DNA from: Phycisphaerae bacterium
GTDB lineage: Bacteria; Planctomycetota; Phycisphaerae; SM23-33
Assembly (NCBI GenBank): GCA_016929245.1
Contig: JAFGJE010000233.1
Coordinates: forward strand, 1,883-65,882
DNA length: 64,000 nt
Direction of reading: 5' to 3'
Part shown: in pieces, positions 9,986 through 20,239 of the stretch
Layout of the letters: each line of letters begins with the position of its first letter
Position numbering within the stretch: position 1 is the first letter of the stretch
Notes under the pieces: model-generated
The model's database searches: none
The model's input: the letters and a program-made list of their open reading frames with translations, nothing else
Told to the model about the DNA's origin: nothing
Made by a program: the position numbers and the translations under genes

Positions 9986-10981
9986 TCATTCCTTCGGATA
10001 TCCTTCCGCTTCCCAGCAGGCGACGCAATGGCCCGGCGCGATTTCGCGCAGGGGCGGTTCCTGGGTTTGGCATCGTTTTTTATCGCAGCCGACGCTACAG
10101 CGCGGGTGAAACTTACACCCGCTGGGGAAATGCAGCGGATTGGGCACGGTTCCGGGGATCGTCTTCAGCCGTTCCTTCGTCTCACCGAGTTTCGGCACCG
10201 ATTTCAGCAGGCCTCGCGTGTACGGATGCAACGGCTGGGCGAAAAGGTTTTCCACACTCGCGGTTTCGACGATCTTCGAGGCGTACATCACCGCCACCTG
10301 GTGGGCGGTCTGCGCGACGACGGCAAGATCGTGCGTGATCAGCAGAATCGACAGGCCTTCGTCGGCTTGCAATTGGTTCAACAGGTCGAGAATCTGCGCC
10401 TGGATCGTCACGTCGAGGGCCGTCGTCGGTTCGTCGGCGATCAGCAGCTTCGGGCTGCACGACAGCGCCATCGCGATCATGATGCGCTGCCTCATGCCGC
10501 CGGAAAGCTGGTGGGGATAGGCGTCCAACCGCCCGGCTGGTTCGGCGATGCCGACCTTTTTCAGCAGTTCCATCGCCAGCCCGCGCGCGTCGCCGGCCGA
10601 GAGCTTGCGGTGCAGGCGAATGGCTTCGATGATCTGGTTGCCGCACGTGAAGACGGGGTTCAGCGAGGTCATGGGTTCCTGGAAGACCATGCCCACCTGC
10701 CCGCCGCGCACCTGGCGCATCTGCTTTTCGGAATATCCCAGCAAATCCCGGCCTTGTAAAACCACCTCGCCGTTTTCGATCCGCCCCGGCGGGCAGGGCA
10801 CGAGCCGCAGGATCGAAAACGCGGTAACGCTCTTCCCGCAGCCGCTCTCACCCACCAGCGCGAACGTTTTCGCCGCCGGAACGTCAAAACTCACCCCATC
10901 CACCGCGCGCAGAACACCGTCGTCCGTATGGAAACACGTCCGCAAATCGCGCACGGACAGCAGTGGTTCGCCAGGGATCAT
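9986..10981 (-). CDS. oligopeptide/dipeptide ABC transporter ATP-binding protein (OppD/DppD-like)
   Basis: [17 protein letters not shown]..., Walker A GESGCGKS, signature LSGGMRQR, C-terminal ...GCKFHPRC.... The true ATG at 10979-10981 overlaps the TGA of the upstream permease as ATGA. The 611-aa track ORF is an artefactual 5' extension. Confidence 0.9.
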   Translation of the reverse strand: MIPGEPLLSVRDLRTCFHTDDGVLRAVDGVSFDVPAAKTFALVGESGCGKSVTAFSILRLVPCPPGRIENGEVVLQGRDLLGYSEKQMRQVRGGQVGMVFQEPMTSLNPVFTCGNQIIEAIRLHRKLSAGDARGLAMELLKKVGIAEPAGRLDAYPHQLSGGMRQRIMIAMALSCSPKLLIADEPTTALDVTIQAQILDLLNQLQADEGLSILLITHDLAVVAQTAHQVAVMYASKIVETASVENLFAQPLHPYTRGLLKSVPKLGETKERLKTIPGTVPNPLHFPSGCKFHPRCSVGCDKKRCQTQEPPLREIAPGHCVACWEAEGYPKE

Positions 10982-11886
10982 ATCTGTTTGGTTTCCTTCG
11001 GGTCCAGGGCGATGCGCAGCCCTTCGCCGGTGATGTAAAACGCCAGCGTCGTGATAAAAATCGCCACGCCCGGGAACACGATCAGCCACCAGGCGTCGAG
11101 GATGTATTGTTTCCCGCCGGCGATGATGTTCCCCCAACTCGGATCGGGCGGCTGCACGCCGAAACCGAGGTAACTCAGCGACGCTTCGGAGAGAATCGCG
11201 CCGGCGACGCCCAATACGGCGCTGACGAGCACCGGCGGCAGTGCGTTGGGCAGAATATGACGAAAGACGATCCGCAGGTGTCCCGTACCCGTGGCGCGGG
11301 CCGCCTGGACGTAATCCATTTCGCGAAGGGTAAGGAACTCCGCCCGCACCAGCCGCGACGTGCCCATCCAACCGGTCAGGCCGATGATGGTCGCGACGTG
11401 CCAGATACTGGGTCGAAGCAAGGCCGCCACCGTCAGGATCAGGAAAAACGTCGGGATGCACATCATCATATCCACGAATCGCATGATGATCGTGTCCACC
11501 CATCCGCCGAAGTATCCGCTGATCGACCCGATAACCGTTCCGATGCAGATACTGATTCCGACAGCCAGGAAACCGATCAAAAGCGAAACGTGTGCGCCAA
11601 GCAGCACGCGGGACAGAACGTCCCGTCCCAGGTCGTCGGTGCCCAGCGGATGTTCCCAGCAGGGGGCGATTAACTGGGAAGGTGGATTGGGTTTTATCGG
11701 ATCGAACGGAATGTGAATCCCTCCCGAATTGAGCGACCAGTATCCCATACCGCCGACGAACAGCACCACCAAGACCACCAGCGCAATAACGGCGGGACGA
11801 TTCTTTCGGAATCGCCGCCACACGCTCGAGCGCAAAATCGTCGGCGCCTGGGTCAATCGCATGGTTGTCGCGGTTTCGTCGCTCAT
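10978..11886 (-). CDS. peptide ABC transporter permease (OppC/DppC-like)
   Basis: Six-TM BPD-transporter inner-membrane component with the conserved EAA-region motif ...[21 protein letters not shown].... Confidence 0.9.
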   Translation of the reverse strand: MSDETATTMRLTQAPTILRSSVWRRFRKNRPAVIALVVLVVLFVGGMGYWSLNSGGIHIPFDPIKPNPPSQLIAPCWEHPLGTDDLGRDVLSRVLLGAHVSLLIGFLAVGISICIGTVIGSISGYFGGWVDTIIMRFVDMMMCIPTFFLILTVAALLRPSIWHVATIIGLTGWMGTSRLVRAEFLTLREMDYVQAARATGTGHLRIVFRHILPNALPPVLVSAVLGVAGAILSEASLSYLGFGVQPPDPSWGNIIAGGKQYILDAWWLIVFPGVAIFITTLAFYITGEGLRIALDPKETKQI

Positions 11887-11904
11887 ATTCGTTCGTATCG
11901 GTTC

Positions 11905-12879
11905 CTACTCCAGTCGCACGCGCGGGTCCACCACGGCGTACAGAACATCCGCGATCAGGTTGCCCAGCAGCACCAGCACGGAACTGATCGTCAGGGAGAC
12001 CATAATCACGGGCATGTCCCGTTCGAGGATCGCCTGATACGTCAGCCGTCCCATACCGGGATATCCGAAAATCTGTTCGATAATCACCGATCCGCCGAGG
12101 AAGGCCGGCAGCAGGTATCCGATGAAGGTGATGATCGGGCGAAGGCTGTTTCGCAGCGCGTGTTTATAGACGACCCGGCTTTCCGGAAGTCCCTTCGCGC
12201 GCGCGGTGCGGATGTAATCCTCGTTCATCGCTTCGACCATCGACGCGCGCATGTAGCGGCTTTGGACAGCCACCCCGCCCAGCGCCAGCGTCAACGCCGG
12301 CAGGAATACGTGCCACAACCGGTCCGCCAGCGCGGCGTACCACGTGGCGTATTCCACACCGAAGGTGTGCGTGCCCAGTACCGGCAGGTGCCACACCTTC
12401 ACGATCACCAGCACGAGCATATACGCCACCCAGAACGTCGGCAGGGAAATCAACGCGAAGGACAGGATACTGACTCCCCGGTCCTGCCAGCGTCCTTTCT
12501 TTTTCGCGGCGTAGATCCCCAGGGGAATCGAACCGGCGTAGCTGATGATGAAGGCCATCACGCTCAACGCCAGCGTCGCCGGGGCGCGGGAGAGCACCTT
12601 TCGCAAAGCCGACTCGTTGTCTTTGAAACTGGCCAGATCGCCCGTGAACATGTCCCGCATCATGTAGAGATATTGCATATAGAGGGGTTTGTCGAAGTGG
12701 AACTGTTTGGAAATCATCTCGCGGATTTTGGGATTCAGTTCCGGGTTCATTTCGCTGCCCGGCAAGGCCATCTGTCCGCCGGGGGCGAGATTGATGACGA
12801 AAAAGCTCACGATCGAAATTCCGATCAGCAGCGGAATCGAAAGCAGCAGTCGTCGTAGTATGAACCGGATCATTTCCAA
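11905..12879 (-). CDS. peptide ABC transporter permease (OppB/DppB-like)
   Basis: [34 protein letters not shown]... is the typical OppB N-terminus. EAA loop ...[22 protein letters not shown].... Confidence 0.9.
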   Translation of the reverse strand: MEMIRFILRRLLLSIPLLIGISIVSFFVINLAPGGQMALPGSEMNPELNPKIREMISKQFHFDKPLYMQYLYMMRDMFTGDLASFKDNESALRKVLSRAPATLALSVMAFIISYAGSIPLGIYAAKKKGRWQDRGVSILSFALISLPTFWVAYMLVLVIVKVWHLPVLGTHTFGVEYATWYAALADRLWHVFLPALTLALGGVAVQSRYMRASMVEAMNEDYIRTARAKGLPESRVVYKHALRNSLRPIITFIGYLLPAFLGGSVIIEQIFGYPGMGRLTYQAILERDMPVIMVSLTISSVLVLLGNLIADVLYAVVDPRVRLE

Positions 12880-12886
12880 TATTCCG

Positions 12887-15043
12887 TCAGGGGGTGCGTT
12901 GCGGCATCATCGCCGCCGGCGCCCACCAGGGCATGTAAAAATCGTAACCGTTCAGGCCGGCTTTGGTGTTGCGGATGGGTTCGGTGATCCACGTTCCCGG
13001 ATGATCCTCATCGGGCCGTCGAACCACGTACATGTCGCGGTACAAGGCGAAGGAAGGCTTGCCTTCCAGCAGAAACAGGTACGGCTGATCGCGATAAATG
13101 ATTTCCTCGATTCGACGCGACAATTCCGCCAGCCGGTCTTTCTCAAACGTCGTGCGAATCTCCTCGGTGATTTTGTCCACTTCCGGGTTGGAATACGAAC
13201 AGAAATTCAGGCCCGGCGGTTCAATCTGCGAACTGTTCCAGAGTTGATACCGGTCGAGATTTCGTGGGATGAACCATCCCAGAATGCAGGCGTCGAACTG
13301 TTGCGTGTTGATATAGGTGTTGATAAAGACCGCCCATTCGTAAACGGCGGTATTGACCTTGATGCCCAACTGTCGCAGGTCGTCCTGCACGAGCATCTGA
13401 ATCAGCGCCCGCATGGGATTGCCGTGATTCGTGATCAGCGTGAATTCAAACGGCTGCCCGTTTTTGTCGAGAATTCCGTCGCCGTCGGTGTCCGCCCACC
13501 CGGCTTCGGCGAGAAGCGCCTTGGCGCGTTCGGGATCGAACGGAATGGGTTTAATGTCTTTATTGGAAAACCAGTACACGTCGGGAATCGGTCCAGTACT
13601 CGGCCGCGCCCAGCCGTAATAGACGTACCGAATGATTCGATTCGTATCCACCGCATGCGCCAGGGCGCGACGTACACGAACGTCCCTGAACATGGGTTTT
13701 TTCATATTCCAGCCGATGTAGAGATATCCCCGCGCCCAACGGCGGAACAACTGAAAACGATCCTGCTGGGCCTCGTACCGCTTTACCTGATGGAACATCA
13801 GTTGCGTGGTATCGAAACCGTGTTCCTGAAAGGCGATTTCGTTGACGAATGAGTCCGGGATCACGCGATACACGACGGCAGGAAGATTCGGCGCGCCTTC
13901 GTAATAGTCCGAGTTGGCGACCAGGCGCACGAATTCGTTTCGCTTCCACTCGGCGAATCGAAACGGTCCGGAGCCGACAGGTTTGGAATTGTAATGGTCC
14001 GCCCACCACTGGGGACTTTTCCCGGCCAGGATATGTTTGGGAATCAGCGCCATCGCCGACCAACTGTTCAGACAATCGACGTACGGCTTACGGTAGGTGA
14101 CGATCAACGTATAGGGATCGACGGTTTTGACATCCTTGACCAACCAGTAGGAACTGGCGCGCGGCGAACGGTACTGCGGGTCGACGATGCTGCGATAGGT
14201 GAATTCCGCGTCAGCGGCGGTGAGGGGCGCGCCGTCGTGCCAGCGAACATCCTTTCGCAGCTTGAACGTGATGATCGGTTCGTTCAGCAACGCCTCATCG
14301 AGAGTATCCATGATTTCGACGACCGCGGCGTCCTTGGCCCCGAAACGTTCGACGACGGCTTTGTGAAATCCCTCCACGTTTCCGAAGAGTGACACGCTGA
14401 GCATCGAATCGTTGATGGGAAACGCTTCATGGACGAACACGTCTTTTCGTTCCGTCGCCAGCGCGCGCAAGGCCTGCTTCACACCTTTCGTGTCGGCTTT
14501 CGTTCCTCCGGGAAGCGTTTTGCTCTCGTCGTGCACGATCGTCAGGATCGACACGGGCAGGAAAGCGGAACGGTTGACGATTTGAAACAATTTTGTTTCG
14601 TATCCCGTGCCGGCGGCGTCCTGTCCGTTGGGGTCGACAAATTCGAACAGCAGCATTCGCCCGTCCTGTCGGCAGGACGCGAGTTTCATGTCTTTCCATT
14701 GTTCCCGGGCGGCCTGAAGGATCGTCAGTGTTTTTTCCGCGTCCGCGGGAGTGTGACAAAAGGCGGTGGATCGCTGCGTCAGTTGAAACGTCTCGGCGAC
14801 CGCTCCTTCGAGATTCTGATGTTCATCCGAGCCGATCAGGGCGTTGAACAGGAACGCTTCGACTTCCGAGGCGGAGATGGTCTGAGAGAGGATGGGATTC
14901 AACGAATCCGGTTCGCCGATGGTCCCCAGGACAAGCTGCTGTTCCCGATGGGAAACGTTGTGTTCCCGAACCACGAACATCGCCGCGCCGATCCCGCAGG
15001 CTAGTAGAAGAAGCGGAACGATAAGCAGGGTTCGGACCAACAT
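12887..15043 (-). CDS. ABC transporter substrate-binding protein, family 5 (OppA-like), 718 aa with a large internal insertion
   Basis: Signal/anchor MLVRTLLIVPLLLLACGIGA. Motifs of SBP_bac_5 include ...FKLRKDVRWHDGAPLTAADAEFTYRSI.... About 170 extra residues interrupt the N-terminal lobe. It is the first gene of the minus-strand transporter operon. Confidence 0.85.
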   Translation of the reverse strand: MLVRTLLIVPLLLLACGIGAAMFVVREHNVSHREQQLVLGTIGEPDSLNPILSQTISASEVEAFLFNALIGSDEHQNLEGAVAETFQLTQRSTAFCHTPADAEKTLTILQAAREQWKDMKLASCRQDGRMLLFEFVDPNGQDAAGTGYETKLFQIVNRSAFLPVSILTIVHDESKTLPGGTKADTKGVKQALRALATERKDVFVHEAFPINDSMLSVSLFGNVEGFHKAVVERFGAKDAAVVEIMDTLDEALLNEPIITFKLRKDVRWHDGAPLTAADAEFTYRSIVDPQYRSPRASSYWLVKDVKTVDPYTLIVTYRKPYVDCLNSWSAMALIPKHILAGKSPQWWADHYNSKPVGSGPFRFAEWKRNEFVRLVANSDYYEGAPNLPAVVYRVIPDSFVNEIAFQEHGFDTTQLMFHQVKRYEAQQDRFQLFRRWARGYLYIGWNMKKPMFRDVRVRRALAHAVDTNRIIRYVYYGWARPSTGPIPDVYWFSNKDIKPIPFDPERAKALLAEAGWADTDGDGILDKNGQPFEFTLITNHGNPMRALIQMLVQDDLRQLGIKVNTAVYEWAVFINTYINTQQFDACILGWFIPRNLDRYQLWNSSQIEPPGLNFCSYSNPEVDKITEEIRTTFEKDRLAELSRRIEEIIYRDQPYLFLLEGKPSFALYRDMYVVRRPDEDHPGTWITEPIRNTKAGLNGYDFYMPWWAPAAMMPQRTP

Positions 15044-15087
15044 GTTTCCTTATGACGAAAGGGGCTCTTGAATTTGTACGTGTACCA

Positions 15088-16212
15088 CTATTCGCCCGCG
15101 GCGGAGGATTCTTTCACGCCTTTGGCTTTCAGGGCTTCGGCCCAGTGGACCAGGACGGCTTCCAGGACCGCCGCTCCTCGGGCGGGGACGTTGATTTTGG
15201 GGTTCAGTTTCTTCGCGAGGAATTCGTGTTTCGTGTCCGCCAGGAGGTTGAGGGTTTTTTCGCAGACGGATAACAACGTCGAACACGATTCCAGCAGGTC
15301 GGTACTGGTGGTGGAATTCTGCCACACCCGATCGTACCTCTGGGCGACGGCGGCGGACAGGTCGAACAGCATCTGCAGGCAGAGCGTCAGGGACTTGGCG
15401 TCTTTGGGATCGGCGCGTTTGAGGTCTTCCCCGATGCTCCCCAGCGCCGCGACGGCTGTCCGCAGCGCCGCGAGCAGTTCGACATTTTTGGATTTGGCTT
15501 TCTCCACCTGTCGGCAGCGAGACGCCCAGGAGCCTTGCAGCGCTTCCAGGAAGGCCTTGTCCGCCTGGAGGCGGAGCTTTTCGTTCACGTTTCCCTCGAT
15601 CTTTTGGAGGTTCATCACCTCATAGACGGCCGAGAGCAGGATCGGATTGGTTTCGGAGGCGACGGCTTTTTTCACGGCTTCCAGCAGCGGTTGAAGCTGC
15701 CTGGCTGTGCCGTTGAGCAGGTTCTTCCGCATCCGATCGTATCCCTGCCAGCCGATATAGCGCAAGCCTTCATTTTTGTCGGCGATCAGCATCTGCAGCG
15801 CCGGCTGCATCTGTGGCGGATCCATTTTCGTCAGCGTCAGGGCGGCGTTGATCCGTTTGAGCAATACGAAGGAATCGTCGTCGGAAAACGCCTTTCCATT
15901 CAGGACGTCCGTGTACTGCTTAAGGGTTTCCTCGGCGAAGGCCTGTTGATAGTACGGACTGGGATACAGCAGGTAGTCGCCCAGCAGTTTTTCCCCGGAA
16001 TGTTGAATCTCCGTTTCGCTTTTGGCCAACAGGAGACTCTCCTTCCACCAGTCGATACGGGCGTCGATCTGCTTGCGGTGGATGTCCAGGAGTTCCTCTT
16101 CCAGCAGGGGTTCGGGGATGACGATGGCGGGGGGAATTGCCGGGGCGGATGTCGCCGAAACCGCCACGCACACGAACATCAGAAGCAGCGTCTTTTTCAA
16201 AATATTCAGCAT
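15088..16212 (-). CDS. hypothetical secreted all-alpha protein
   Basis: Signal peptide MLNILKKTLLLMFVCVAVSATSA. Coding-like codon usage. Lies directly upstream of, and co-oriented with, the peptide ABC transporter. No recognisable domain. Confidence 0.55.
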   Translation of the reverse strand: MLNILKKTLLLMFVCVAVSATSAPAIPPAIVIPEPLLEEELLDIHRKQIDARIDWWKESLLLAKSETEIQHSGEKLLGDYLLYPSPYYQQAFAEETLKQYTDVLNGKAFSDDDSFVLLKRINAALTLTKMDPPQMQPALQMLIADKNEGLRYIGWQGYDRMRKNLLNGTARQLQPLLEAVKKAVASETNPILLSAVYEVMNLQKIEGNVNEKLRLQADKAFLEALQGSWASRCRQVEKAKSKNVELLAALRTAVAALGSIGEDLKRADPKDAKSLTLCLQMLFDLSAAVAQRYDRVWQNSTTSTDLLESCSTLLSVCEKTLNLLADTKHEFLAKKLNPKINVPARGAAVLEAVLVHWAEALKAKGVKESSAAGE

Positions 16213-16276
16213 TCCGTATCGTTCCTTCCACGCGAATGGTATCCCCCGGCGCGGCCGGCTGTCAACCCTCGGCCTT

Positions 16277-17182
16277 TCACGCGAACAGCGCCTCGACGAA
16301 GCTGTCGGGATCGAAGTGTTCCACGTCTTCGTAGCTTTCGCCCAGGCCCACGAATTTCACGGGCAGATTCACCTCGTTTCGGATGGCTACCACGATCCCG
16401 CCCTTGGCGGTACCGTCGAGTTTCGCCAGGAAGATGCCCGTCACGTCGATGGCGGACTGGAAGGCTTTGGCTTGCTGGATCGCGTTCTGCCCGGTCACGG
16501 CGTCCAGCACGAGCAGCACTTCGTGGGGCGCGCCGGGGATTTTCCGGGCGACCACGTCGCGGATTTTCGTCAGTTCGCGCATGAGGTGATCCTGCGTGTG
16601 CAGGCGTCCGGCGGTGTCGATCAGCAGCACGTCGGCCTGTCGCGCGACGGCGGCGTCGCAGGCGTCGTACACGACGGCTCCCGGATCGGCGCCGGAACCT
16701 TTGACGATGTCGCATCCGATCCGATCGGACCAGATCGTCAATTGTTCCACCGCCGCGGCGCGGAAGGTGTCGGCGGCTGCCAGAACCACTTTTTTCCCTT
16801 CCTGGTGAAACTGGTACGCCAGCTTGGCGATGGAGGTGGTTTTACCCGCTCCGTTGATCCCCGCGACCAGGATTACCGTCGGTCCGTCGGGCGCGAAATG
16901 CACGCCGCGATCGGACGAAGGCCAGTAGGTCTTCAACTCGGATTTGAGAAATTCCAGCACGTCTTCGCCCCCGGCGATGCGTCCGTCGGCATGGGCGGCC
17001 TGGAGATCCTCGCGGATGCGCGTCGCCGACTTAACGCCGATGTCGGCCTGGATGAGCGTCGCCTCGAGCTCCTCCAGCAACTCCGCGTCGATTCCGCGCC
17101 CCGTCAGCAGCGCCCGCAACCCTCCGACGAATCGTTCCTTCGTTCGGCTAAGTCCCTTCAGCAGTTTTTTCAATAACGCCAT
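16277..17182 (-). CDS. ftsY: signal recognition particle-docking protein FtsY (NG domain only)
   Basis: [18 protein letters not shown]..., GTPase motifs [15 protein letters not shown], and the C-terminal ...FVGLGE.... The track ORF has an arginine-rich spurious 140-aa N-terminal extension. Confidence 0.9.
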   Translation of the reverse strand: MALLKKLLKGLSRTKERFVGGLRALLTGRGIDAELLEELEATLIQADIGVKSATRIREDLQAAHADGRIAGGEDVLEFLKSELKTYWPSSDRGVHFAPDGPTVILVAGINGAGKTTSIAKLAYQFHQEGKKVVLAAADTFRAAAVEQLTIWSDRIGCDIVKGSGADPGAVVYDACDAAVARQADVLLIDTAGRLHTQDHLMRELTKIRDVVARKIPGAPHEVLLVLDAVTGQNAIQQAKAFQSAIDVTGIFLAKLDGTAKGGIVVAIRNEVNLPVKFVGLGESYEDVEHFDPDSFVEALFA

Positions 17183-17304
17183 TTCCAGCTTCCTGAATGT
17201 CCGGTGAGTCCGAAGGGACGTATCATACCGAAACCGCCGGGAAAGGGGAAACGGAAACGACAGGGAAGAAAACGTCCTCCACACGCCGCGGAGAGGGTTT
17301 GAGC

Positions 17305-17898
17305 CTATTCCACGTCCAGATTGTATTCCACAATCTGCAGTCCGGTGACTTCCTCGAATTCCATTCGTCCGCCGACCAGGTTCTTTAATTGACGGGTCAT
17401 CTCCTGGTGGACTTCCTGTTTCGTATCCGCCGAAACGCGATGATCCAGGTCGGGAGAATATTCGTGGTAGGTTCCGTTTTTCTTCCAGGAAATACCGTGA
17501 AGATACAACTTGGAACGCGTCACTTCCTCGATCCAGGGAGATTCGATCTGTCGCGGAACGATGTCGCGGATTTCCGCCGGACGCAGCGGTTTCCGGAAAC
17601 ACTGGTTGATCCCCGCGCGCATGCTTTCAAAGGCAACCTCGCTGGACAACCCGGCGCTGACCAGAAGAATGGGAATCTCCTTGTACAAAGGATCTTCGCG
17701 AAGCCGTCGGGCGAAATCGATGCCGTTGCCGTCGTCCAGCAGATAATCGGTGATGACCATGTCGATCGGACCGTCGGCGAGGATTTCCTCGGCGTCCAGG
17801 ATCGTCGCGGCGCTGAAAACCTGCACGACGTCCTTGAGCATTCGCTCCATCATGCGCAAAGCCATCAGGCTGTCGTCGAGATAAAGAACTCGTTTCAT
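17305..17898 (-). CDS. response regulator, CheY-like receiver domain plus C-terminal domain of unknown function (~75 aa)
   Basis: MKRVLYLDDS...DMVITDYLLDDGNGIDFARRLRE...ILLVSA... is a REC domain with the phospho-acceptor Asp. GGAAAGGAAG ribosome-binding site before the ATG at 17898. The track ORF is extended to a GTG upstream. Confidence 0.75.
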   Translation of the reverse strand: MKRVLYLDDSLMALRMMERMLKDVVQVFSAATILDAEEILADGPIDMVITDYLLDDGNGIDFARRLREDPLYKEIPILLVSAGLSSEVAFESMRAGINQCFRKPLRPAEIRDIVPRQIESPWIEEVTRSKLYLHGISWKKNGTYHEYSPDLDHRVSADTKQEVHQEMTRQLKNLVGGRMEFEEVTGLQIVEYNLDVE

Positions 17899-18071
17899 GG
17901 AAGTCTTCCTTTCCATTCGATGAGAACGACAGCGTACGGGATACCCGGAAGAATCAGTTTCCCCGGAAATCCCCTCTTTGTCAACTTCGGTTTCATGGAA
18001 CGATATCTTTGGGAAATCTTTTCCGATCAAGACCACCCCGTGATGAATCCAACAGATTTACCGCAAGCGAC

Positions 18072-18635
18072 TTAAAACAACAGTACAAATTCACAGTTCC
18101 CCCCTTTTCCGCGCAGGGGGGACGGTATCGCCGCTCGCGGCGCGTATCCTTCCGAGGCGAGACGTTGCATCACCTCACGGGCGATATCGTTCGCTTGTTC
18201 ATCGCGTAAAGGAGCGTAAGGTTTTTTCCCGCCCTGCAGCTTGGTCAACTCGAAGTGCGGTTTGAGCAGGGAAAGAATTCGTCCGTTCTCGTTGCACCAT
18301 CGTTTGGCGGCGGGGAGAATCTGCTCCTGGGGCGTCCAGGCGACATCGATCACCACCAGGTCCACCGGCTGGGGCGGTTCGACGTACAAAGCGTTGGTTC
18401 GCTCCATCACCACGACGCGCGAATCCTGCCGCAACGTCCAGGCCAGCGCGCCGTATCCCGTGTCCACGGCGAAAACCTTCACCGCGCCGTGTCGGAGCAG
18501 GCAGTCGGTGAACCCACCGAGATTCGCTCCGAAGTCCGCGCAGATGCACCCAGCCGGGTTCACGTCAAACGCGCGCAGCGCCGCTTCGAGCTTCTCTCCC
18601 GCACGGGACACGTACTTACGCTCCGATTCCGCCAT
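18072..18635 (-). CDS. TlyA/FtsJ-like SAM-dependent rRNA 2'-O-methyltransferase (no S4 domain)
   Basis: MAESERKYVSRAGEKLEAAL...CADFGANLGGFTDCLLRHGAVKVFAVDTG matches the TlyA methyltransferase core. The track ORF includes a spurious 112-aa N-terminal extension. Confidence 0.7.
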   Translation of the reverse strand: MAESERKYVSRAGEKLEAALRAFDVNPAGCICADFGANLGGFTDCLLRHGAVKVFAVDTGYGALAWTLRQDSRVVVMERTNALYVEPPQPVDLVVIDVAWTPQEQILPAAKRWCNENGRILSLLKPHFELTKLQGGKKPYAPLRDEQANDIAREVMQRLASEGYAPRAAIPSPLRGKGGNCEFVLLF

Positions 18636-18737
18636 AAGGTCAGTATATACAAAAAACCGTCGTATTTCGCCCGGTGGGAAATACTTTCCCGGTGCGGCGC
18701 GTTGACTTTGACGGCCTGACGACGTAGAACAAGGAAC

Positions 18738-19556
18738 GTGGAATGGGTGGTACAACTCGGCGCCGGTGCTGTCCGGTGGCTGGACGATTTCGGGGCGTTC
18801 TGCCGGTTCTGCGGCCGTACGTTCGCCTGGATCGCCGCGGTCGTTTCGTCTCGACGGGGGTGGCGGGAGATTCTCTACCAGTTTTACCAGGTGGGAACGC
18901 GCTCCGTACCGGTGGTGATGGTCACGGGAGTGTTCGTTGGGGCGGTATTGGCGGTCCAGTCGGTACAGCAATTTAAAGCCATCGGCATGATCAGCCAGAT
19001 GGGCGCGATCGTGAACCTTTCGGTGCTTCGGGAACTCGGGCCGATCCTCGCGGGACTCGTGCTGGCCGGGCGCGTCGGCGGCGGGCAGACCGCGGAGCTG
19101 GGCACGATGCGCGTCACGGAACAGATCGAAGCCTTACGCGCCATCGGCGCCGACCCGATCCGCGTCCTGGTCGTGCCGCGTTTCCTCGCGTGCGTGCTGC
19201 TGATCCCGGTTCTGACGCTGTACGCGAGTTTCATGGGCATCCTGGGCGGATACATCGTCAGCGTGCACCTCTACGGCGCCAACGGCGCGGAATTCTGGTC
19301 CATCGCCGCCCGGAGCGTGCTGATTTCGGATGTTTTCTACGGGCCGATCAAATGCCTGTTCTTCGGCGGGGCGACCAGCCTGATCTGCTGTTACAAGGGA
19401 TTCACCTGTCAGCCTGGCGCCGCCGGCGTGGGACGGGCCTGCACCGAAAGCTTCGTCGCCAGCTGCATGGCGATCATCACGCTGGACTTCTTCCTCGGCA
19501 TGACGCTCAATACGATCATCATGATCCTCTGGGGCGTACAGATTGTGCTGGTGTAA
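18738..19556 (+). CDS. mlaE: MlaE-family ABC transporter permease (phospholipid/lipid-asymmetry maintenance)
   Basis: ...EILYQFYQVGTRSVPVVMVTGVFVGAVLAVQS...RVTEQIEALRAIGADPIRVLVVPRFLA... is the diagnostic MlaE/Ttg2B permease sequence. AAGGAA ribosome-binding site. Confidence 0.9.
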   Translation: MEWVVQLGAGAVRWLDDFGAFCRFCGRTFAWIAAVVSSRRGWREILYQFYQVGTRSVPVVMVTGVFVGAVLAVQSVQQFKAIGMISQMGAIVNLSVLRELGPILAGLVLAGRVGGGQTAELGTMRVTEQIEALRAIGADPIRVLVVPRFLACVLLIPVLTLYASFMGILGGYIVSVHLYGANGAEFWSIAARSVLISDVFYGPIKCLFFGGATSLICCYKGFTCQPGAAGVGRACTESFVASCMAIITLDFFLGMTLNTIIMILWGVQIVLV

Positions 19557-19558
19557 TC

Positions 19559-19822
19559 GTGATCAAACCCATCGAAAACTGGCTGGAACGTCATAAGAAT
19601 CCCACGAGCTTCTGGCTTCACATGATCGGGATTCCCGCGTGTTTTGTCGTGACACCCGTGTTGCTGTTCCTGCGACAATGGTGGCTGGCGGCGGTAATGT
19701 TCGTCGGCGGGTACATCCTGCAATTCCTCGGCCATCTCATCGAGGGAAACCGCTCCGGCGAAGAACTGTTCCTGCGCCGCATTCTGGGACGAGAACGAAA
19801 TCCCACCCGAAAAATAAACTGA
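19559..19822 (+). CDS. DUF962 (Mpo1-like) small membrane protein
   Basis: GTG start 3 nt after the mlaE stop. (M)IKPIENWLERHKNPTSFWLHMIGIPACFVVTPVLLF... matches the DUF962 N-terminal signature (W..H.NP.N...H..GIP). The upstream part of track ORF 19190-19822 overlaps mlaE out of frame and is rejected. Confidence 0.6.
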   Translation: MIKPIENWLERHKNPTSFWLHMIGIPACFVVTPVLLFLRQWWLAAVMFVGGYILQFLGHLIEGNRSGEELFLRRILGRERNPTRKIN

Positions 19823-20082
19823 CGTTTTCCTCCCACAGGAAAAATAGGCGATCCACCGTTTGGGAGTATTTCTTAATAACGCTTCCTGTCCGCAACATTA
19901 TCGGACTAAATCGAATCGTCTCTCCCTGGAAATATCCATAACCACTTTATATAAAAAGACATGCGCCTATCTCTTTTGTTTTCAGGAATATAGGGGTTCT
20001 TCGAGCGACCCCATACGCCGCAAATCGCTTAAATACATGTAAATAAAAAAGTTAAAAAAATTTTAATCTTTGGTTCCTTTCA

Positions 20083-20111
20083 TTGACAGGAAGGAATCCG
20101 GTCTGTATACT
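20083..20111 (+). promoter_or_regulatory. consensus sigma70-type promoter TTGACA-N17-TATACT preceded by an A/T-rich UP-like tract
   Basis: TTGACA at 20083-20088, 17-bp spacer, TATACT at 20106-20111. Upstream AAATAAAAAAGTTAAAAAAATTTTAATC tract. No protein-coding gene follows. Confidence 0.5.
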
Positions 20112-20117
20112 GCGCCA

Positions 20118-20239
20118 TTCGGTCGCTGGGTAAAACTCAACATTCTCGCTCAGGTGCATACTGAGCGTTTCAAAATCGGCTGTTTATCTAGCCGTGGCAG
20201 TCTCCGGCTCGCAGTTTCTGTGGGTCGGAGATTTTTTTT
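20118..20239 (+). ncRNA. candidate ~120-nt small RNA (promoter-to-terminator transcription unit, no credible ORF)
   Basis: The predicted transcription start (~20118) to the terminator U-tract (20239) encloses an internal hairpin GCTCAGgtgcataCTGAGC. The track ORF 20070-20267 runs through the terminator. It lies between convergent protein genes. Confidence 0.4.
20201..20239 (+). terminator. Rho-independent terminator (UCUCCG-N18-CGGAGA stem followed by U8)
   Basis: TCTCCGgctcgcagtttctgtgggTCGGAGA followed by TTTTTTTT, read directly from the sequence. Confidence 0.55.

Noticed and set aside
9986-11821. 611-aa version of the OppD-like ATPase, and similar 5'-extended ORFs for ftsY, the response regulator, the TlyA-like gene, the diacylglycerol kinase gene, kdsA, cinA and the MTAP-like gene
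   Set aside because: The N-terminal extensions are Arg-rich and lack ribosome-binding sites. Conserved N-termini with good ribosome-binding sites or ATGA coupling start at internal Met codons. The ORF finder extends each ORF to the furthest start, including GTG/TTG.
9956-17176. Long plus-strand track ORFs opposite the peptide transporter, the hypothetical protein and ftsY genes (for example 9956-10759, 10963-11673, 11713-12858, 12689-13852, 14429-15004, 15535-16584, 16022-17176)
   Set aside because: They are antisense to genes with clear conserved motifs. Their translations are Arg/Gly/Val-rich low-complexity sequence typical of stop-poor shadow frames in high-GC DNA, with no ribosome-binding sites or domains.
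19190-19558. Upstream 123 codons of track ORF 19190-19822 overlapping the mlaE 3' half
   Set aside because: Only the last 87 codons (from the GTG at 19559) match the DUF962 family. The rest overlaps mlaE in another frame.
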